From a bacterium (GTDB lineage: Bacteria > Patescibacteriota > Dojkabacteria > JAOAGR01 > JBAXGO01), in assembly GCA_037139335.1 (NCBI GenBank), contig JBAXGO010000002.1, positions 851-64,850 on the forward strand: a stretch of 64,000 nucleotides of DNA, written 5' to 3'. A model generated the notes under the pieces. It was not told where the DNA came from and searched no databases. It worked only from the letters and a program-made list of their open reading frames with translations. The position numbers and the translations under genes are program-made. Positions 58,097 through 64,000 of this stretch are shown here, piece after piece. Position 1 is the stretch's first letter. Each line of letters starts with the position of its first letter.

Positions 58097-59671
58097 ATGA
58101 GAGAAATAAAGCTTGATGAATATAAACCCACTATAGATCGAAAAAAGAAGTCTAAAGAAGTACCTTCATTCAAAAGAAATATTACACCCGATTTCAAAAG
58201 TATTTCTGGAAATGAGATAAATAAGATAAAGAAGAAAAAAGGTAAGAAGAAATGGATTTTTTTACTTATATTTATAATTATGATTGGTGGAATATATTTA
58301 TATTTTTCTGGAACGATCGGTGCTTTGACGAAATCATTTGATTTAAATCCAATACCAGCATTGGTAAATACATTAACAGGAAAAAAGAATGAACTTAATT
58401 CTACAGATGGCAGAACCAATATTTTAATATTAGGAGTAGATAATAGGGCTAATACACTAACAAATGACTTAAAGCAAGTAGGAAATACTGACAGCATAAT
58501 GGTTATTTCATATGATTCGAAGAATGATAATGTTGAATTTATTTCAATTCCTAGAGATATTGGATTAAATTTCACATTTCCCGATGGGACAAAAACTGAT
58601 TTTGAAAAAATAAATGCCGCAGTAAACATAGGGGCTAATAAGAATTATCCTGGTGGTGGTGCTCAATTATTACGCGATACTATAAATAAAATGACAGGAT
58701 TACAAATTCATTATACTGCCATTATTAATTTCGATGCATTCAGACAGGTTATTGATAGCGTGGGCGGTATTGATATAGAAGTAGAAAATTCATTTTGTGA
58801 TGCTGGTTATCCTATAGAAGGTGATAAAGGTGTTGAGACTATAAAATTTTATAAAGGTCTTCAACACATGGACGGAGGCACAGCTTTGAAATTTGCGAGA
58901 TCTAGAGTGCATAATGTATGTTATAGTATGACAAGTGGTGATCCGATATTTGAAGGTACAGACTTCAGAAGAGCATATAGACAACAACAAGTTATTAAAG
59001 CTATTCAAGAAAAAGTTATAAATGAAGGGCTTGATGTAAATAAAATTCAAAACATAATTCAGGCTGTTGGAAATAACATGTTAACTCAAATTGGTGATGG
59101 TGAATTATCTAGTTCAAATAAAGTTAATTTGGAGACATTACTTGCTGCTTATGATTTAAAAAATAAGGTTAGTAAAGATAAACAATATAGTTTAGTAACA
59201 AGTTTCACAGCTTGCGGTGGAAATGCTATGAAAGAATATAACGAAAGTGATGGATATTATATTTTACCAATGAAAAATAATGATTTTACACTTTTGCAAA
59301 ATTGTATAAATTTTTATTTGAATAATCCGAAAGTGATAACAGAAAATGCGAAAATAAATATTTATAATACCGGGAGGGGGTATACGAAAACGTCCTCTTT
59401 TTCTGAAGAAATAGGTGCTTCATATTGGGTAAAGACTACTTTTTCTGGGACCATTTTCGTAAAAGAAATAACTGATCCTAATTCAAAAGATATTGGAACC
59501 GGAAATTATATAGTAGATTTAACAGGAAATAAGACAGCAACTGTTGAATTTCTAAAAGAAAAAATAAACGCACAGGTATTAAATAAAGAAGATTTACCAA
59601 GCAATATTGAACCACCTTATGGCAGTGATATTCTGATATTAGCTGGAGCGGAGAAAACTTCAGTGAATTAA
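58097..59671 (+). CDS. LCP (LytR-CpsA-Psr) family glycopolymer ligase
   Basis: NILILGVD, TDSIMV, SIPRD, KINAA, ALKFARSR, DFRRAYRQQ; LytR_C-like tail. Confidence 0.92.
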   Translation: MREIKLDEYKPTIDRKKKSKEVPSFKRNITPDFKSISGNEINKIKKKKGKKKWIFLLIFIIMIGGIYLYFSGTIGALTKSFDLNPIPALVNTLTGKKNELNSTDGRTNILILGVDNRANTLTNDLKQVGNTDSIMVISYDSKNDNVEFISIPRDIGLNFTFPDGTKTDFEKINAAVNIGANKNYPGGGAQLLRDTINKMTGLQIHYTAIINFDAFRQVIDSVGGIDIEVENSFCDAGYPIEGDKGVETIKFYKGLQHMDGGTALKFARSRVHNVCYSMTSGDPIFEGTDFRRAYRQQQVIKAIQEKVINEGLDVNKIQNIIQAVGNNMLTQIGDGELSSSNKVNLETLLAAYDLKNKVSKDKQYSLVTSFTACGGNAMKEYNESDGYYILPMKNNDFTLLQNCINFYLNNPKVITENAKINIYNTGRGYTKTSSFSEEIGASYWVKTTFSGTIFVKEITDPNSKDIGTGNYIVDLTGNKTATVEFLKEKINAQVLNKEDLPSNIEPPYGSDILILAGAEKTSVN

Positions 59672-59845
59672 GAATTTGACTTAGTATAGAGATAAGGTTT
59701 GAAACATCATCATGTATAACTTGTGTAAGCTACAATGTTTTATTTATATAGAATGAGTTTATTGATAATTTGAAATTTTGGAAATCTAAAAAATCTTATT
59801 AATGCTTTTTCCTATATTCGTTTTTTAGTGCTCGATATCTACTAC

Positions 59846-60028
59846 TCATTTTTTCTTTATTTTTTTTACGACATTCTTAATATCGTCTTTGTTTATTCGA
59901 TCTTTTTTCGCATCATATACATTATCGAACATTAATTCATCAGGTCTATTTTTGTAACTTGTATATGTACCTCCTACAGATCCGAATCTTATTATTCCTA
60001 ATTTTCTTAGTATGTCTATTATTTTCAT
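59846..60028 (-). CDS. Small hypothetical protein
   Basis: 60 aa; ATGA overlap with the upstream gene. Confidence 0.6.
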   Translation of the reverse strand: MKIIDILRKLGIIRFGSVGGTYTSYKNRPDELMFDNVYDAKKDRINKDDIKNVVKKIKKK

Positions 60029-61071
60029 ATTTTTACATCAATGTTTTTTAAAATATTTTCAAAATCAGAATTTAATTCTGGATTTGCTTTTTGCTGTTCT
60101 TGTTCTATCATTCCGATATTAGTTATTAATAATGACTTAGTACCTTTGAAATATACTTCAGCAAAATTTTTATTTGGATATCCATCTTGGGCATATTGTA
60201 TTTTTTTACCAGTCATATTAAATCTAGTAACATTCTTGATCGCGTCTGTTGACTTAATTCCATTCTTGCCATCTTTAAAGAATTTAGTAGTCCACGAACT
60301 AATATCTGAAGATTCAATATTATCGCAAATATAAAAACTTACAGCAGGCTGTCCGCTATATTCATTCATTTTTACATTATATGCTGTTATTTTTCCCAAA
60401 CAGGATAAACTATCCGCTCTAATATTATTGTTAATTTTTGCAGCAACATATTTGCCGAAACCTTTGAACGTAATATTTTCATCATCATATAATTCTGAGT
60501 ATTCTTTCACTACTAATTTCATTGACGAAATTATTTTTTCTATATCGCCCTTATTTTTTATTATTTCATCTTCTGTTGAGAAACAAATAATGCTGACTCC
60601 ACCGTTAATTTCTTGCTTGCTATCCAAATCCATCGTTGTATAATAAAATTTCGCATTTCCTTGCACATCAGCAGAATAATTATCTATCTTCTTATCAAGT
60701 AAAGTAGCATTTAAATCTATTTTTGATTTAGCATCAGCAGAGGGCAAAGAGGTCTTACTGAAACCAAATGAATCGGTTATAGTAATATTCAAATTTCCCT
60801 TTGATAATTTATAAATAGTTTTGTTTCCAATCTCTTTAACCAAATACCAGCCACCAGGAAGAACAAATTGATATGTATCATTAAAAACATATTCTTTATC
60901 TGTTTGAGAAACTGTCTGTGATGGATTAAATGTTGTATTTGCATCACTAGACTTATTACCGCTTAATAAAAAACCTATTAAAAAAGCAGCAGCAGGTATA
61001 GTAATAAGTAGTATGAGAGCTATAATTTTCGATACTGGTGTTACAGTAACAGCCCATTTTGGAAGTTTCAT
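60025..61071 (-). CDS. Hypothetical membrane-anchored surface protein
   Basis: WAVTVTPVSKIIAL followed by a TM helix; two similar-sized soluble domains. Confidence 0.7.
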   Translation of the reverse strand: MKLPKWAVTVTPVSKIIALILLITIPAAAFLIGFLLSGNKSSDANTTFNPSQTVSQTDKEYVFNDTYQFVLPGGWYLVKEIGNKTIYKLSKGNLNITITDSFGFSKTSLPSADAKSKIDLNATLLDKKIDNYSADVQGNAKFYYTTMDLDSKQEINGGVSIICFSTEDEIIKNKGDIEKIISSMKLVVKEYSELYDDENITFKGFGKYVAAKINNNIRADSLSCLGKITAYNVKMNEYSGQPAVSFYICDNIESSDISSWTTKFFKDGKNGIKSTDAIKNVTRFNMTGKKIQYAQDGYPNKNFAEVYFKGTKSLLITNIGMIEQEQQKANPELNSDFENILKNIDVKI

Positions 61072-61243
61072 AATAAAAAAGTATAAATTTGGTAAATAAT
61101 AATGTTTTTTTTATAAAAAAGGAAGAAGACCTCTTTACAAATTAAATATATTTTTGTAATATTTATTGTAACATTTTTTTATACAATTTTTCGCTAGATT
61201 CGTTTTCACCGCACCCGCGGTCTTATTCTATTAATCTATTAAT

Positions 61244-61477
61244 ATGGGAAACAAACCTTCAAGCAAAGAAGAAGCTCATTCTGTTTTTAATCAATTTCAA
61301 GCATTAGAAGCTGGAAAACCACTTGTAGTTAATGGTGAAGTTGTACGACCATCGCTTAGTCAAATTTTAGCTGATTCCAAAACGCCTGAAGAAGCATACG
61401 AAAGAGCTAAACTTTTAGGTTTTACACAAGAAATGATAGCTAAAATAGCCAGTGGAGTTAGTAGACTAGTTTTATAA
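61244..61477 (+). CDS. Small hypothetical protein
   Basis: 77-aa ORF with protein-like composition. Confidence 0.5.
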   Translation: MGNKPSSKEEAHSVFNQFQALEAGKPLVVNGEVVRPSLSQILADSKTPEEAYERAKLLGFTQEMIAKIASGVSRLVL

Positions 61478-61657
61478 AATATCATTATTTAAATTTTATA
61501 CCTCTGAAATATCTAAGCCGAAGACTTGTATAGCTCATATCCATAAGTCCTGATTCGACTAATCGCCGAGTCATACCATGAGTTTCCTGAGAGGATAAAA
61601 ACTTTTCATTTCATCTTCATTTTAGTATTCTACAATGATTGAAATTATTTAAAAAAC

Positions 61658-62188
61658 ATGATGAAAAAAATACTTATTCCAGCAGGAGTGATCTCCTTTA
61701 TTATTACAGTTACAGTAATTATAATAGCCATTTACACAGTTCCAGCGGATAATAATCAAATTGCCAATATTCAGCCAACATCAACGCAAACACAAAAAGT
61801 TCCAACAATAACTCCTATTCCTGCGACATCCATCCCCTTAACTCAGGGTAATGGAACTACCGTCATAACTCCCACACCGACGATAATACCTTCACCAACT
61901 CCATCTGGAAAGTATAAGGACGGTACATATACTGGAACTGCGTACACTCATAGATACGGAACTGTACAAATACAGGCAGTTATTACAAATTCGAAAATAT
62001 CAGATGTAGTATTTTTGAAATTACCCAGCGGAGGAGAGTCTTCAAGCATTAGTTCTTATGTAAGCCCAATACTGAAGCAAGACACCATACAATCCCAAAG
62101 TGCAAATGTAAATGTAATTAGCGGTGCAACATTAACCAGCAATGCATTTATAAAATCATTAAGCTCAGCTCTAAGCCAAGCAATATGA
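61658..62188 (+). CDS. Membrane-anchored FMN-binding (flavinylated) protein
   Basis: TM, TP stalk, YKDGTYTG, flavinylation motif NVISGATLTS. Confidence 0.88.
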   Translation: MMKKILIPAGVISFIITVTVIIIAIYTVPADNNQIANIQPTSTQTQKVPTITPIPATSIPLTQGNGTTVITPTPTIIPSPTPSGKYKDGTYTGTAYTHRYGTVQIQAVITNSKISDVVFLKLPSGGESSSISSYVSPILKQDTIQSQSANVNVISGATLTSNAFIKSLSSALSQAI

Positions 62189-62922
62189 CAAAAGAAACAA
62201 GACTGATAATGGGAATGCCCATAACTATCTGCATAGTTGATAAAGAAATTAGTAATAAAATAGTAGATGAAGTCTTTGATTATTTCATTCATATTGACGA
62301 AACATTCAGCCCGTATAAAGAAAGTAGCGAAGTATCAAAAATTAATAGAAAAGAAATTTCGGAAAAAGATTATAGCGAAGAAATGAAGGAAGTGCTTAAC
62401 CTTTCTGAATTAACGAAACAAGAAAGCCACGGATATTTCGATGTTTTTTATAATAATAAATTTAACCCAAGTGGTTTGGTCAAAGGCTGGGCAATATGGA
62501 AGGCATCAAAAATTTTGGACAAACATAATGTTAAAAATTATTTCATTGATGCAGGTGGAGACATACAAACCAAAGGATTTAATGATGAAGGGAAAAAATG
62601 GAGTGTCGGAATCAAAGATCCTTGGAAGCAGGAAAATATCGTGAAAACAGTTTACCTCAGCGGAGAAGGCATAGCCACTTCAGGCACATATATTAGAGGT
62701 GAACATATTTACGATCCAATAAATAAAAAGAATTGTACTGAAATAGCTAGTATTTCTATCATAGCTAAAAATATTTATGAAGCAGATAGAATGGCTACAT
62801 CTGCATTTGTAATGGGAGAACAGGGGATATATTTTATTGAAAATTTACCAGGCTTCGAAGGATTTCAAATCAACAATGATAAAATCGGAATAATGACAAC
62901 TGATTTCGAAAATTTCACATAA
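62185..62922 (+). CDS. apbE: FAD:protein FMN transferase
   Basis: MG, FS..SEVSKIN, PSGLVKGW, DAGGD, W.VGI.DP, IATSG..RGEHIYDP, AD..AT. Confidence 0.9.
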   Translation: MTKETRLIMGMPITICIVDKEISNKIVDEVFDYFIHIDETFSPYKESSEVSKINRKEISEKDYSEEMKEVLNLSELTKQESHGYFDVFYNNKFNPSGLVKGWAIWKASKILDKHNVKNYFIDAGGDIQTKGFNDEGKKWSVGIKDPWKQENIVKTVYLSGEGIATSGTYIRGEHIYDPINKKNCTEIASISIIAKNIYEADRMATSAFVMGEQGIYFIENLPGFEGFQINNDKIGIMTTDFENFT

Positions 62923-63008
62923 TATATATCTGATATCTCATAGCATTAACAATTGAGGAAATTTATAGTACACTTTTTTGTATCATATTCTTATATAATT
63001 TTTTTATT

Positions 63009-63204
63009 ATGGCAGGAAAAATAACACCCGAACACGTAAGACAAAAACAATTAGCAGAAATGAACCCCGATGATTTAGATTTTGCAAAAAGAGTAGCGAG
63101 AGAAGAACTTTACCAGGGTCAGAAAACAAGTTGAACAATATAAAGAAACTCAAAAGGCACAAGTTGAAGCGGCTAAAGAACGAAAAGTGAAAGAGAATAG
63201 ATAA
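63009..63204 (+). pseudogene. Frameshifted small coiled-coil protein gene
   Basis: Removing one T at GAA CTT T ACC (about 63110) gives MAGKITPEHVRQKQLAEMNPDDLDFAKRVAREELTRVRKQVEQYKETQKAQVEAAKERKVKENR*. Confidence 0.45.
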
Positions 63205-63258
63205 TAAGCAAGATTTTTCTGCCAATATATTCTATAATCCATTAGATTTATTAATATC

Positions 63259-63825
63259 ATGGATAAGTTGTTACGCAAAAGGTATCTATACGCATTAGTA
63301 CTTGCAGTATTATTGGTTGTATTGTTAACAATTATATTCCGTCCATCAAATTCGGCTAAGGCTGAAGTGAAGGACCCGTACAATATTACAGGCATCAAGC
63401 CATGTGAATTATTATCTCAGAAAGAAGCCAAAGAAATATTGGAAGAAGAGACTACAGTTGGAATACCTGGCGATTCCACAAATTCCATAGGAATGGTAAC
63501 GTGCAAATATTCAGTAAATGACGCGAATCTTCCCGCCCGATTCATACAACTCACAATAGTTCAGGATTCAAATATCACAGAAGAACAAAAGAAAACAGGA
63601 TTAACTTCGAAATCTATATACGATAACGCCAAAAAGCTGGCTACAAAAAGTAAATCAGGAATAGTCATTATGGATAAAGATAAATATGAAGCTTTTTATT
63701 CTGACAAAATGCTAGTGCTTTATAAAAATAATGTTAAGTTAAACATCGCAATATCTGGAAAGAACAGAGATGATGCTCAAAAATATGAGTCGAAAGCTTT
63801 GAGCTTAATAGCCCCGAGACTATAA
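63259..63825 (+). CDS. Membrane-anchored protein, DUF3558-like
   Basis: TM, KPCELLSQKEA...VTCKY pattern. Confidence 0.6.
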   Translation: MDKLLRKRYLYALVLAVLLVVLLTIIFRPSNSAKAEVKDPYNITGIKPCELLSQKEAKEILEEETTVGIPGDSTNSIGMVTCKYSVNDANLPARFIQLTIVQDSNITEEQKKTGLTSKSIYDNAKKLATKSKSGIVIMDKDKYEAFYSDKMLVLYKNNVKLNIAISGKNRDDAQKYESKALSLIAPRL

Positions 63826-63864
63826 ATGAAAAAATATGTTAAATTATAAATATTTATAAATCAT

Positions 63865-64000
63865 ATGAGTATAGAAAAAAAATATTCTTGGGCAATGTTA
63901 ATTACACTTGCTGTATCTTTTGTATTGGGAATGATAGTAAATTTATTTATTGAATTTCCAGAAGCAGTAGACGAAAAGCCATGGGCTTTCGCAATGAAAA
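63865..64000 (+). CDS. 5' part of a membrane protein truncated by the window end
   Basis: MSIEKKYSWAMLITLAVSFVLGMIVNLFIEFPEAVDEKPWAFAMK, open to the edge. Confidence 0.55.
   Translation, partial: MSIEKKYSWAMLITLAVSFVLGMIVNLFIEFPEAVDEKPWAFAMK

Noticed and set aside
61500-61610. Relatively GC-rich intergenic stretch, possible ncRNA or 31-aa minus-strand ORF
   Set aside because: No recognisable RNA motif or protein signal
1-64000. Alternative genetic code (UGA=Gly, as in Gracilibacteria/Absconditabacteria)
   Set aside because: Conserved genes are full length in code 11, and several end properly in TGA (parA, lexA, eno)

Overview
Very AT-rich, gene-dense bacterial chromosomal window in the standard genetic code. 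It has few recognisable Shine-Dalgarno sites. Gene content suggests a CPR/Patescibacteria organism, possibly Dojkabacteria or Microgenomates-like (inference): a lone VirB4-type ATPase, PilN/PilO-like genes, many GT-C glycosyltransferases, Thr/Pro-stalked surface proteins and a single-RRM protein. Housekeeping genes (holA, grpE, gatB, parA, serS, radC, class A PBP, eno) are mixed with envelope-glycosylation clusters, regulator/efflux pairs and a lexA-dinB cassette. No tRNA, rRNA, CRISPR array, transposase or prophage was seen. Best candidate for a new system: a lipid-linked pentose glycosylation locus (UbiA-type phosphoribosyltransferase, HAD phosphatase, GtrA flippase, two GT-C paralogues) in which a one-cysteine DUF362 protein sits where DprE1/DprE2 epimerases would normally be. 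Other highlights: a minimal-Stem-I Ser T-box followed by a 9-bp tandem repeat before serS; a half-size UvrA under a 19-bp-spacer MerR promoter; an ECF sigma with a FecR-domain surface sensor; an XRE/CYTH/Bax-inhibitor-1 module; and a 700-bp mosaic of nested REP-like palindromes.
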